A stretch of 63,507 bases of DNA, filler included, from Sphacelaria rigidula (taxonomy: Eukaryota), in the NCBI GenBank assembly GCA_964200075.2. It is 11 parts of 11 records of this genome, joined end to end, with 100 filler letters (N's around TTAATTAATTAA, not from the genome) between each part and the next. Parts side by side here need not be neighbours in the genome. Positions count along the whole stretch, not along the records: positions 11,567 to 17,249 come from CAXNAA020025285.1; positions 17,350 to 23,032 come from CAXNAA020025286.1; positions 23,133 to 28,815 come from CAXNAA020025287.1; 8 more parts are not named here. One strand, 5' to 3'. Positions 11,467-23,319 of this stretch are shown here, in pieces. Positions within the stretch are counted from its first letter, which is position 1. Each line of letters begins with the position of its first letter. The notes below the pieces were generated by a model that saw nothing but the letters and a program-made list of their open reading frames with translations, did not search any database and was not told where the DNA came from. The translations under genes and the position numbers were made by a program.

Positions 11467-12999
11467 NNNNNNNNNNNNNNNNNNNNNNNNNNNNNNNNNN
11501 NNNNNNNNNNTTAATTAATTAANNNNNNNNNNNNNNNNNNNNNNNNNNNNNNNNNNNNNNNNNNNNGACTATGGCATGCATGATCATGAGTACACCTGCT
11601 GTGTTGCTAAGTCAATTTCCCCCCCACGTTTTCCTGGCGACGTAGATACAGCAGCAGTTCACCCTCGGGTGCTGGCTTTTATCAAGCTTGACATTCTCAC
11701 AAAACAAGAGCCCTCTCTGTCCAGAAATTCCAGGCATGGAAAGACTTGGGCTTGGCTGGGTCTCTCTTTCTATCTGTCTGTCCTAACAACCAGACTTTCG
11801 ATACTCTGGCTGGCACCCAAGTCTTGGGGAAAGTTGACGTTGTAAGGGTCATCCACCAACGGTACTCCGACACCTACGGTGCCTTGTGCAATTGTTGGGG
11901 GTCCAGGTGAAGTATAAGGACAGGTGCACGCGCATCTCGGCGATTTGTAAAGCCGGATGCGATCAACCATGTGATGTGCATGGTGGAGTGGCCCGTACGT
12001 CTGAGCCTATCTGAGTATGCTGCCCCCGTGTGCTCGCCTCCTTGCCGTACTCGCGCTTCGAGCGCCGTCTTGAGAGGCGTACAAGTATCTGAAATAAACC
12101 TCAGGTGGTGTAATGTGGGCAAATTTAGCAGCGAAGGTGTTGCTAGCGCTCCAGGCGGTAGCTGAATGGTAGGCACTGTACTGCGCGCATTTGTCAACAT
12201 GGCTAGCGACGACTCGGGTTCCCTGTGTGTAACCGAGGGTACCAACCTATACCGACTAAGAAGAGACAAATAGGGCTGTTCTTAACGATCGGTGTACTTT
12301 TGAAAACCACACTTTTTTGTACCTCGTCATTTTCCACCCGTGAAGAGAGGGGAAAGTGTGTTCCTTTCTGAAAGAGTTGAGGTCCACGCCCATATTCCAC
12401 ATCCCATCACACCCTGTCATCATACCATGCCATGTCAATAGCGTAAGGGCCCCAAACATCGGTTTCACCGCCAAGAATAGCAGAATGATATCCCCATGCA
12501 GTGCGGTCACGTTTTGTGCAAGATTGGGGCCGTGCGCATCCCGAAGTTCATGAAACAAGCAGCAGTAGTGCTGATTTTCGGTTGTGCCCACTGTCCAATT
12601 CGGAAATGGATTCGAACAACGCCATGAAGGGAAAGACATGTACGTTTCCAAACAAAGAATGTTTCAACATGAAGAGCGTGCATGGAAAACGTGCGAAAAT
12701 GAAAATCAGAATGACCCCTTTTTGCGTCGTTGAGAACGGCTCTTGATCTCGTCTTTTCATCAGATATTCATCGCGTGGTGACTCTGTATTCTCCTAGGAA
12801 AGACCATCCGGGGGTCACTTTGGCGTGCCATAATAAGATCACCCTGTCCATGTAAAAAGAGCACATCTCGACGACTATTGGCGCCAAGATGTTTCATAAA
12901 GTTTCATGAAGCAAGTCCTCCTACCCCTGAGTTGTGCCGCCGTCTTGAGCTAAACCCCCGCTGTACTCGGTGCGCGTATTTTGGTTTAATCTCGGGCAG

Positions 13000-13213
13000 T
13001 TCTGGCCGGTCATATTTGATGACAACGTGGGCAGGGCGGGCAGCAAGACGGGCGCGCATATCGTGGACGTACGTGACATTGGCACAGGGTTGCCGATCCC
13101 CTTCGACCAAGCATTGCGACGGCACCTCGTGCGAGCGGAGCCGTATTTGGTCATCACACAGGGTGCTGCTACCGAAAGCAACCTACTCCACGAACTGGAG
13201 ACCCGAGACATAG
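13000..13213 (+). CDS. Possible isolated exon of an unknown protein (FWPVIFDDNVGRAGSKTGAHIVDVRDIG...)
   Basis: Open GC-rich frame bounded by ...gggcag and gtggcc; no recognisable domain or partner exons. Confidence 0.3.
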
Positions 13214-14187
13214 GTGGCCGGGCACATAGCAGAGCACACGGCAGCAGCGGTAACTTTTTTTTGTCGGAAATATCGAGGATGCTGACTTCAGGCGGAGATA
13301 CGGACTGACTTGTCATCCTCTGCATCCTGCGATGCACCCGAGTCCTGACTGTTCTATCATCGTCGGCATTAGTCACATACTTTGCCAAGGGCTTCCGTTG
13401 TTGCTCGTTGTGGAACGTCGGTAATTTTGGCTACATATCTTACGGCGGAATGGTCATCGTGGAGAGAATCTTTTGTCGTCCTTGTTCCGGATTTCCGTGA
13501 CATTGTGTGTGGAGAGCGCACAATTCACGGTCAGGCGTGTAGGCAGAGCCGTCATATACCCAGACGCGTCTCCCTCTTTAATCGCCATTTCCATTTATGT
13601 TTATATCATAATTTCATTTTTCAACAATACGAGATACTAGCCGTGGAGTGCGGTTGCGGGTAGGCACGGCAACACTGTAAACAATGTCACTTTCCATATT
13701 GACCTACCGCGTCCACTTCTGCACGCCAGGTGTCCTCAGGTCCTGATTGTTTTCCTCAAGCAGGAGGAAGAGATGGGTCGATCCCCTGAGAGCACGACCT
13801 CGTCCCGACGATAAAAAGGGGTTTAGAGAGTGGCCAAAAGAAAGCAAGTGCTTGACGTTCCGACGTAAGACTAGACGCGAGAGGCTGTTGGCAGGATTGA
13901 GAATCTCCCACTCCTGAGTAGAATAAAACCTTCCGTTGTTCTCTGGCGGGGGTCGGCAAGCACAGATTTTTGCGCACGAATTTTTGTTCAGCGGCCAATC
14001 TCAAAACCTCGGAGCCAAGCGAATCTGAAAAGCAGACTATTAATGAACTCCTCCCTATGCAAAGTGTCCGAGATGTGTGTTGCCGGTTTTCCCTGTTTGG
14101 GGGTCTAAAGGTTGGTCAAACGTCCCAAAAGTGAACAACCCGTGGGCCAAAAACATCAGGCCTTACATGGTGAAAAATGAAAATGTA

Positions 14188-14658
14188 AACAGCGGATTCT
14201 CAAAAATGCGGTTGAACAAACAAATGAGGTTGAAAGTTGAAGTCGAAAGCAGTGCTTTCCCTGATCCAAGGCCATGGCAAATTACTCTCGTATTTCCTAC
14301 GTCTGTGACCACGGGTTCGCGAGATCGGACTAATGTGCGGAAATAAGAAGAAATGGACGACCCCATCCCTCCCTGCCTCCCTGAAACTATTTCGGGGGAT
14401 ATCTATCCTTCCGTTCCCCTAGAGGGTATGCACGAAAGCACGATTTTTGGGTCAAAAAGCGTCCCGTTTATCACCCCGAGATCGAGGCAAAGATGTACTT
14501 TCGCACATACCCCTTGGGGGAACGGAAGGATAAACAATTCCCCGACATAGTTTTGGAGAGGTCGGGAGCGATGAGGCCGTCCACTGGATCAGGGAAAGTA
14601 CTCCTGTTGAGTTGAAAGTAATGTTTTTGTTCAACCCCATTTTTGAGAACCCGCTGTT
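14188..14658. mobile_element. Foldback MITE, AACAGC-terminus family
   Basis: aacagcggattctcaaaaatgcggttgaacaa...ttgttcaaccccatttttgagaacccgctgtt; inner ctttccctgatcca/tggatcagggaaag also inverted; core resembles 30190-30250. Confidence 0.75.
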
Positions 14659-14864
14659 TGTACCACCCGTCGATATATATACTTCCACGCGTCGTTCTGT
14701 ACGGTACCGTGCAACCCGCGCTCCCGTAAGATGATACTAGCTACCCTGCGCCAGGGGTGCCAATATATTTGATCACGACGATGTCTGTTTTAATTGCATC
14801 GGCCTCGTCAATGAGCACGAATCTAGGATTGCCTACAGATTTCGAGAAATAGCCGATTAAAAAT

Positions 14865-15167
14865 AAAAACGTTTTCGTGAGATTGAGAGTAGGGCGCTGA
14901 TTGAGAGTGGCTTGGATCGTTTGCTCCAACTGAGCCTACCTTTCATCCCGTGTGTACTTTTCTATGCCTCCATCACTGGTGTGTACTTACAGCTGCACGT
15001 CAATATCCTTCTCAGGGATATCACGGCCTCAGTGGCGAGGTACTACAGAAATTATGTCGGGCCTTGTCGAGGAGCGCTTCGGAACTGAAACAATTTATTC
15101 ACTCATTGATCGATTTTCACTCCCAATCGCATCCTATATATACTTTCAATCTCACGAAAACATGGTT
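14865..15167. mobile_element. ~290-bp MITE with GTTTTCGTGAGATTGA TIRs
   Basis: gttttcgtgagattgagagt...actttcaatctcacgaaaac; reverse-orientation copy at 30443-30740, fragments at 11288, 16075-16150 and 52044. Confidence 0.75.
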
Positions 15168-15225
15168 AAATATGAAACAGGTTCACTGCGGAAATGCCCC
15201 TCCAGGCCATATACGAGGCCTCATA

Positions 15226-16062
15226 CAAGCTGGGCCGACGAAAACGCCAGCATTTAACCAATATCGCTGTGCCCCGCTCAGGTTTTGGAATTCGGGTCTG
15301 AAATTTGGACACGTGATTCAGAGCCGTTTGCTGAACAAATTACTTGGAGGTCGCAAAAAAAAAGAGTTTTTTTCTATACTTTTTTGTCAATAATGTGATC
15401 CTGAATTTCCTTAGTTCGACCGTAAGTCGGCAAGATTATATATATATTTTTTGCGACCTCCAAGTTTTATTTTCATCACACTACTCTCAATCGCGTGGCA
15501 AAATTTCAGGTTCCAATTCCCAAAAGGGAGTGGGGAACGGCGAATCTTACGATGGACGCTTTTCCTCAGGAATTCCATGGAAAACCTGCAAGTGTCTGCA
15601 TAAAAATCAGCGAGAAAGTCTCGAATTATGTTGCCTTTTGTGAGTGCTCCTTACGGTGGATGGTGATTGCAAGGAGGTACAGTTAGGACAGCTACAGGGG
15701 GAGTGGTCTTCACCCACTGCATGATATCTGGCGTGTGCAGGGTCAGCAGAGAGCTCTTGCAGGGAAGAAACTGCTGCGCTGCTGAGCTGCCGTCTGCTGT
15801 AACACTTGATCGCACCGCGTTTTTCTTTTTTAAATTTAACGAAAATGACCGTTTCACGCCTCAATTACGCCGCACCATAGCGGGCTGTGATTGATCAGAA
15901 ATCCTTCAAGTGCAGAACGTGCTCTCTGCGGGATCTGGAGGGTTTGAGCTTCAGCGCATGAATTCACCAATTGTAGCAATGTTTCCGGTTTGAGCTACAA
16001 CCTAGAGGAAGTGGAGATATGGCGATCTGACACATTGTGAGCTTTCCGGTCGGCCCAGCTTG
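15226..16062. mobile_element. Tc1/mariner-like non-autonomous element (837 bp)
   Basis: Perfect 14-bp TIR CAAGCTGGGCCGAC / GTCGGCCCAGCTTG, flanked by TA on both sides (15224-15225, 16063-16064). Confidence 0.85.
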
Positions 16063-16902
16063 TATACTTTCTGCAACAGCCTCACACTGGAGTCCCTGAT
16101 ATCCTCGAGTAGGATATCGACGTGTCGCTGTAAGCACACGACATGAGAGAGTTTCGGGAAACGATTCTATGTCATTTCCGCGTGCAACTATTTCAGGATC
16201 AGAGTGTATCGAAAATTTTACTCCCCCTCCGTCGAATGTAGTATCACCTTGACTTTTTTTCGCTGAGTTTTGTTTTTTTGCACTCTGATCCTGAGATATT
16301 TGCACTCTGAAATGACAAAAGAGCGACTCCCGAAACTCTCCATTATTACAGGCAAACACACACACAAACGAGAAGCTGGTCAAACTAGAGCGAATCATGA
16401 AACTCACCCTCAGTCACATACGTGCTAGACACTCAGTTTGGCGACGAGGTCGTTCCCTCCGGCAGATGCACGTATTCGACAAAGATAAGGTAAAACAAAT
16501 AATGGCATGTGGAGGATCGAGAGTATTATTAGCGTGATGTGGGGGCTAAGAGGGAATTCTGATAAATGGGGAGCGTGTTGGGTCGTCTGACACACCTGCT
16601 ATGAGCCCTTTTTTTCCGTGGAGGAATCAATCGCCCCTTCCTTGTGATAGCATCTGGAGCAGGTCTCTATGAAGAGTATGAACGGTGCTCCGTCTCGAAA
16701 TGGATACGTGGTCAATGGCCAAACGACTGAGGTAAGTAACAAATGAGTCATTCTCTATCGTAGTATTGCTCGAGATTTTTCAGTGGCAAATAAATTGCCC
16801 TGTGCCCAGGGCGCTTCCAATTCCAATTTATTTCGTTTTTTGTGATGTGACGTTGCGGTCTTGAATTTCGGCAGTGAAACCGGAGTGCTCTCGGCTGGGC
16901 CC

Positions 16903-17178
16903 TTCTACTGTAAAACGAAGGTCTGCCCCAAAGGTCTGAAAAATATGTATTCCGGGACATGTAGGCCCCAAGATCGAAAATTCGAGTTTTTGAGGAGGGC
17001 ACACTTTCTACTGTACGATAGCCCCCCCAAAAAACAGCTCTCTTCTACTGTAAAACGAAGGTCTGCCCCAAGGGTCTGAAAAAAATATATTCCAGGACAC
17101 GTAGGCCCCAAGATCGAAAATTCGAGTTTTTGAGGAGGGCACACTTTCTACTGTACGATAGCCCCCCCCAAAAAACAG
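16903..17178. repeat. 140-bp direct tandem duplication
   Basis: ttctactgtaaaacgaaggtctgcccca...gatagccccccc at 16903 and 17043. Confidence 0.9.
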
Positions 17179-17349
17179 GTCAAAAGTGTCACGGAGAAAA
17201 TTGCGATACAGCGCCTGATGTTTGGGTTCAGGCTGCATGAACCGCCTCANNNNNNNNNNNNNNNNNNNNNNNNNNNNNNNNNNNNNNNNNNNNTTAATTA
17301 ATTAANNNNNNNNNNNNNNNNNNNNNNNNNNNNNNNNNNNNNNNNNNNN

Positions 17350-17404
<55 letters not shown>

Positions 17405-18581
17405 CGTCGTCGTCGTGGCGGTTGTTGTGGTTGATGTTGTTGTCGTCGTCGTGGCGGTTGTTGTGGTTGCGTTGGCTTCTACAGTCCGAGTCGTCGTGTT
17501 TGTCTGTATTGTGAAAACTGCACCGTTTGACAGACCTGTCCTGGTGGTTTGACTGCCCACTAGAACGGCAGTCACGGGCGTGGTGACCTCTTCTTCCGCA
17601 CGAAAAGCTTTTTCCGCGAAATTTCGCGGGTTGATCCGAGGAGTTCGGCATTGCTGCCGCCAGCATAGAAGAATCACGGCTATGTGATCTGCTCGCGGTT
17701 ACTTTCCTCGCCAGTCTATTGGCATACATGTTACGTAGGGTAGTTTCAATATCCCCGATGCTCAAGTCTGGGTCTCGTTCTGCGTTATATTTCACTTGGT
17801 CATACTCGCTGGTTAGACCCTCGACGATGATATCAGTGAGTCTTTCGTCGGAGATAGGCTCGCCAATGTGCACGAGCTCGTCCCGGAGCTAGAATAGTTT
17901 TGCCAAGAAAACATCCGGGCCTTGTCCTGGTGACATAGTCATGGTGTCCAGCTGTCGCATCAGTATGCGACGTCTTTGCTTAGATGAATTTTGATACTTG
18001 GCTACCAGTCCTTCCCACGCATTTTTGCCGTTTGGTTTCTCTGGACCCTTCAGCTGAAAACGCAAGAGGTAACTTGCCGCTGAGCCAGGTGACGATAAGT
18101 ACAAAACGTTGAACAACTGTTCGTTATACCGGTTCCAGTTTTGTATCTCACGCATGTTCAAAATTTTTCTCACATTTGACTCCACGCAGGGATGATCAGA
18201 CACTTCTTGAACAGGAGGTTTGGCTTGAACACCGGCAGCTTCAGTGTCACCCGCCGCTGCTGTCGTCTCGCTCCCTGCGTTTGCTTCCACCGATGGTAAC
18301 GACGAACGAGCGGGCGGCTGCTGATGGCTTCTGGAACGGGTCGCAATGGGGCTTGTTCTTGATGTCGATCTGGCAGCTGGTTGTGGGCGATCTACCTCAG
18401 AAAAATCTTTATCATAAATTTCCGGGGGGCGTTCAACCCCGTTGAGGATATCATTTATCCCTGGATGAGTCAAGGAAATTATCGCGCGTGTAGAGCGCGT
18501 CCATTCGACGAATTTCGTACCGTCGAACTTGCGTATACTCCTGATGAGTTGAGTTACAGATGGCTCTCCCGATGTATTCAT
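17350..18581 (-). pseudogene. gag: Ty1/Copia gag, one in-frame stop
   Basis: FDGTKFVEW...AWEGLVAKYQ...GEPISDERLTDIIVEGLTSEY; degenerate knuckle SFSCGRRGHHARDC and a second CSFHNTDKHDDSDC. TAG at 17889-17891 splits two in-frame ORFs; ends in a poly-Asn (TTG)n tract at the contig edge. Confidence 0.85.
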
Positions 18582-18730
18582 CTGCCTCAAGTTTTATTCG
18601 TAAAACTGTCTATTCACACCTGCAGATCCTGTGAAAGGATCTGAATTCTTGGTCTTCTTACTGATGCTGTTGAGACGACCTTGAAGTGACGTCCCCTCGC
18701 TCGTGCTGACCGTCGTAGTCTTGACTCAAA

Positions 18731-19249
18731 GGCCGATGACCTGAAGGACTACGTGGTCGCGAATCGAAGGCTCAAAACCTGTTGGAAATATTGGTGGCTC
18801 GTGGCGTTTGGTACTGTTCTCGAAACAGACCGACTACTGTCGCGGAGACAGTAGTTTAGCAGAGGTTGCACAGTGGTAGTCAAACCACTTGCTTCTGCAG
18901 CAGACAGAAAGTCCAAAGACAAAAATGGTGTTTGGGGCTCTTCACTTCGGCCGAACAAAATCAAGGCAGCCTCTTTTGCAAGCAGAGTGCTGAGGAAATG
19001 AAGAAGAGCTGGGTAAGCTTGGTAAGCTTGGGAGAGTGATTGCAAGGGCGATAGACCACCGAATACAACCATGCTTAATCCTGGAAGAAGAATCCAAAAC
19101 TCTACACGTACGTAAGGGCTAATCGTATCATTCAATTCAACCTCGCTATTGCTGACGCGGTAGCCTTGCTAGCTTAGATTAACTGCAAAGTTGCACACAA
19201 GATATCCTGTAGCTTACGTGGCCTAAATACTCTGCTAGAGTATCTTTCA
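18731..19249 (-). mobile_element. Putative Copia 5' LTR (18742-19249) and PBS (18731-18741)
   Basis: Minus strand reads TGAAAGATAC...GTAGTCCTTCA (TG...CA with short imperfect inverted ends), immediately followed by GGTCATCGGCC, ~150 nt upstream of the gag ATG. Confidence 0.5.
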
Positions 19250-21326
19250 TTGACAAATCATGGCAACACGCCTACTGTAGCAGTATCCTACCTGAAACGT
19301 CATTCACACAGGTAGACTGTAAATCAATACAAAAGAGGTACTCTCTGTGAAAAGGATACTGATGAAACGGTATTACGTGGTTCGTTTTTTCCTTGGAACG
19401 CAACAGGTCGTACCGCTATCTTTTGTTGCAACAACTCTATTCAAACATAATGAATATAGACTACATCGTCTAGATTTTTCCAACACCTCCCCGTGAATGA
19501 GACATGTTGCTACCAAAGGTAGTATTGTACTCAACGCACTAAGTATAGTAGTGGGTAATGCAGTCAGACGAAAATATACAACGTATATAAACTGTTGTAC
19601 CATTCCTCGTTTTATACGATACTGTAAAGTTTTTCGACAAACGTCAGTCCAAACAAATTAGAGCTGAAAAGTCCACCCGCGTGCACACGTATGTGTGTGC
19701 GCTTTTCGCATAGGCATCAAATTTCATGAGCCCTGTAGAAACAAATTCCTTGAACCTTTTTTCAGAAAGAAAGTTCTGTGAACCGTACAGTCACATGTGG
19801 TATCAGATGCCGTGTATTCTGTTCTCCTGTTTGACTGTGTCTTCACGCTGTCGTTGACCCCGGCTGGTGTGCCCAAATATATATATATATATATATACCG
19901 AAAAGCGTAGGCCGGCGTCCAGAATTGATGGGACGAGAACACATACCCTGTGAAATTAACGAACCGAACATCGTTCCCACAAAATATCAAGTCGCAAGGT
20001 GCTACTTGACGCGAGAGTTGAACCACATAGGTCACTGCATGCACTTGTGTTTTATCCAGCTCATGTCCCTTGGAATTGGTATGGCATATCATGCATATGC
20101 CCTCAATAAAATCAAGGCAAAATGAATCATGTAAAGAAAACGTTTTACGCAACACATGCGGTTTACTGTACTGTCCTGCAATGCACGACAATCATACTGT
20201 GTGCACAGGCATTTATCACCTGATTATTCAAAATCAATCATGCTTACCAACATCTGCGTAAAATAGCGAGGATAACAAAAACATATTACACACTTTACTG
20301 GTGTGTCTTCGCTGTGTTACATTTTCCTCCCCAACGCTTGTGGGCGGAATTGTGACATAGCTGCTTCATGCTCGACTTCAAAACATACGGGGGTAGTGCG
20401 CAATCAAAAACTTCTGAACAAAGGTTGATGAACAAATTCACCCGTGTACGGTACAATACTTGCGATAGACTATTTTCAAATAGGGCAAGGTCCTGCATAC
20501 AGACCAGTGCAGTAATATAAACACAGTACCGAAACTTCAAATCAATTACCACGCTTGCCAACGATGCGCTACGCTGTACAGTACAACCGATCATTTTTTT
20601 TTTCCCGAATAATTTTCTCGGAGAATTCCTGTTACTGCGTACAGTCAAATAAAGGATATACGCACCACATTACCATGGTTTCCTGCGCTACGTCAAGCAT
20701 TCAGTAGTAAACGGTGAGTAGTGGCGATCGTTGATGTCGCTGGGTCCGTTCTTGATAATAGCGCTGTAGTTGTTGTGGTGTTCGTTGATCTTGTTCGGTT
20801 AGTTCGCGGCGGTGTTGTAGTATAGGTGCTCGCCTCATTCCGTGCTCTCACCCGATCGTGGTTGCTGCTCAAGCGACGGCGTAAGGGATTCCGAACAGTG
20901 GAGGACACCTGATAGCACTGACAAACAAGTGTCGTCGTTTCAAATGAAACGCGGAGAGTTAGAAAGTTCAAGTGACATAATGGTGTATGTGCTTCGAGGA
21001 GAGCGATGTTGCTGGTGATGCTCGAGTGCGCTCAAGATGTGCTCCTGGATGCTGGCTTCTTGATAGTGGATGCTTCCCTCGGGCTTGCTGGTGGAGTCAC
21101 TTGGGGTGGTTGCTTCTTGATAAAGCAGGTGATGATTTTCGTTTGTTGTGCTGATTGCCCTTACTGATGATATTCTTTACCGCGTTTCCTGCGCTTGATC
21201 TTCCTGGGGTGTTCAATCGCCCCGCTTTTCACGTAGGCAGATGAGGGAGCTGGCCCCTGCCGCAGGACTGAAGGGCCTTGTTGCAGGTTAAGGGCAATGC
21301 CTGGTTAAGGGCAACTTTTCGCTTAA

Positions 21327-21424
21327 CCCTTAGACCGCGAGGTCAGTCTTCTCTTGAATCGGTATCAATTTCAAGTGAAAAAAAGTATGCATGGTCCAGA
21401 AAGACTAATCTCGCGGTCTTAGGG
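21327..21424. mobile_element. 98-bp piggyBac-like MITE
   Basis: TTAA-CCCTTAGACCGCGAG...CTCGCGGTCTTAGGG-TTAA; the opposite arm of the foldback shows the empty site with a single TTAA. Confidence 0.85.
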
Positions 21425-21661
21425 TTAAGGGCAAGCGGTCCGAATTAAGGGCAAGCGCCCCTGACTATGGGGAAGCGCACCTGACTATGGGGAAGCGCAC
21501 CTGACTATGGGGAAGCATACCTGGGTAGGGGGAGCGCACCTGGATACGGGCAAGCGCCTCTGATTATTGGCATCTGCTCCTAGCGACGGAGAAGCGATAC
21601 ACGTATCGTCATCATATTCCCGAATCAGGCGAAGAATGCCGAACTGTCTAGGGCGTGCTAA

Positions 21662-21767
21662 GGACCCACGATACGTGTGTCTCTGGCTCGTGGGCACACG
21701 ATACAGGTGTCTCTCGCTTGTGGGCACGCGATGCAGGTTAGGGTTAGGGTTAGGGTACCGTGGGTCC
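21662..21767. mobile_element. ~106-bp PIF/Harbinger-like MITE containing (TTAGGG)3
   Basis: TAA-GGACCCACG...CGTGGGTCC-TTA; absent from the opposite arm (empty site gtgcTAAgtgtaatg); internal ~30-bp direct repeat. Confidence 0.65.
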
Positions 21768-23132
21768 TTAGTGTAATGCGTGAGAGGACCGCATGCTTAG
21801 AGGACCGCGCCGTAGTTCAAAACACCTCAGGATCGACGTCTTTCAAAACCAATCCGGCCAGTCCCTGCAGGTACTACGCCCCTGACCATAACCCCGACAC
21901 TAACCCTAACCCTAACCCTAACCCTAATCATAGGGATATTCAAGTTCCGATGCGGTTCTCTAAGCACGCGATCCTCTCACGCATTACACTTAGCACACCC
22001 AAGACAGTTTGGCATTCTTCGACTGATTCGGGAATATGATGACGATACGTGTATCGCTTCTCCGTCGCTAGGGGCAGATGCCAATATTCAGGGGCGCTTG
22101 CCCGTATCTAGATGCGCTCCCCCCTACCCAGGTGCGCTTCCCCTTCCCCGCGTGCACTTCCCCCTACCCAGGTGCGCTTCCCCCTACCCAGGTGCGCTTC
22201 CCCATAGTCAGGGGCGCTTGCCCCTAATCCGGGCCGTTCCCCCCTAACCAGGGGCGCTTCCCCATAGTCAGGGGGCGTTTACCCTTAATCCGGACCGCTT
22301 GCCCTTAAGCGAAAAGTTGCCCTTAACCGGGCGTTGCCCTTAACCTGCAACAGGCCTCTTTTCTTGATGTCAAGCACTTCTCTAATGTACCCTTTCTCCT
22401 CTCGTGTCTTTGTAACTTCGATGTCGGAGCTGCCCGGATGCGATATTTTGGGCTGCTGCTGCTGTTCCTGCTGCTTCTGCTGTTGGTGGTTCGGCTGCTT
22501 CTTATGCTGGTGATGGCGGTTATGGGACTGCGACTGCTCCTGATGCTGATCACGGGCCTTCTGCCGTGAAGTTGATAGTCTCTTCGTTGTAGAGGATGGA
22601 ATAACCTTCGTTCTTGTACCCCTGTTGTAATTTCTGCGCCTGCTGTTTTCTGCCGCTGTAGAGTTGACCGGCCTGTTCTTCTCATGGGATTTCAAATTTC
22701 GTTCATTACCCGTACTGATGCATGCAGTTGTAGGCCTGGCCAATGAAGATCTAGATCTACTGTTGTTATGACTCTTGCTCATTTTCCCGGCTGAACAGCA
22801 CACAGATTTTACTTTTCGGGCGGCTGCTGTCGGAGGCGGTTCTACGATCTTGACGGTTCCTGTATTGTTCGGCGGAAACACTGCGGCTGATAATGCTGTC
22901 CCCATCCGCAAACATTCTCCGGATAATACCCTAGTCGTGAGTGCTGACTCGATCCTTTTGTTCAAGGTTTTCGAATTTTGAGCAACCTGCATGCCAATGT
23001 AGTGTAATGCTCCACCGCAGTTGCTAATGGGANNNNNNNNNNNNNNNNNNNNNNNNNNNNNNNNNNNNNNNNNNNNTTAATTAATTAANNNNNNNNNNNN
23101 NNNNNNNNNNNNNNNNNNNNNNNNNNNNNNNN

Positions 23133-23196
23133 CTCGTCTGTGTCAATGCGATATTGCTTTTAGAGCTTAAATCCGTTTTTAGGCTGGCCCAGCTCG
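23133..23196 (-). mobile_element. Terminus of a mariner-like element homologous to part of the contig-1 array unit
   Basis: Reverse complement TA-CGAGCTGGGCCAGCCTAAAAACGGATTTAAGCTCTAAAAGCAATAT...ACACAGACGAG matches array positions 1852-1917. Confidence 0.75.
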
Positions 23197-23319
23197 TACA
23201 TGTTTTGGGCATACAATACGCAAGCAGACCAACCGTCGCAATAAACACCGTCAAGTAAAATATATCTGGGGTTCAAAATGTATGTCGGAACCTGTTTAGG
23301 AGTAAGCACGGGTACATTT

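Larger units (their letters stand above)
21271..22360. mobile_element. Long foldback element with nested MITEs and interstitial telomere-like repeats
   Basis: Arm 21271-~21810 is the reverse complement of ~21950-22360 apart from two insertions; 20-bp subrepeats ctgactatggggaagcgcac; ~4 CCCTAA units at 21901-21927. Confidence 0.9.
20693..22992 (-). pseudogene. Low-complexity (Q/S/T/R-rich) reading frame interrupted by the foldback element and by stops
   Basis: The 235-aa ORF 22285-22992 runs into the foldback element. On the far side a similar-composition frame (VLRQGPAPSSAYVKSG...) continues with two stops into ORF 20693-20971. Confidence 0.35.

Noticed and set aside
11770..12270. Degenerate non-LTR retrotransposon fragment (IAQGTVGVGVPLVDD)
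   Set aside because: Only a faint resemblance; no RT catalytic motif was found, so it is not supportable without a search.
21736..21927. True telomere or chromosome fusion site
   Set aside because: Only 3-4 units in each tract, embedded in MITE structures in mid-contig.
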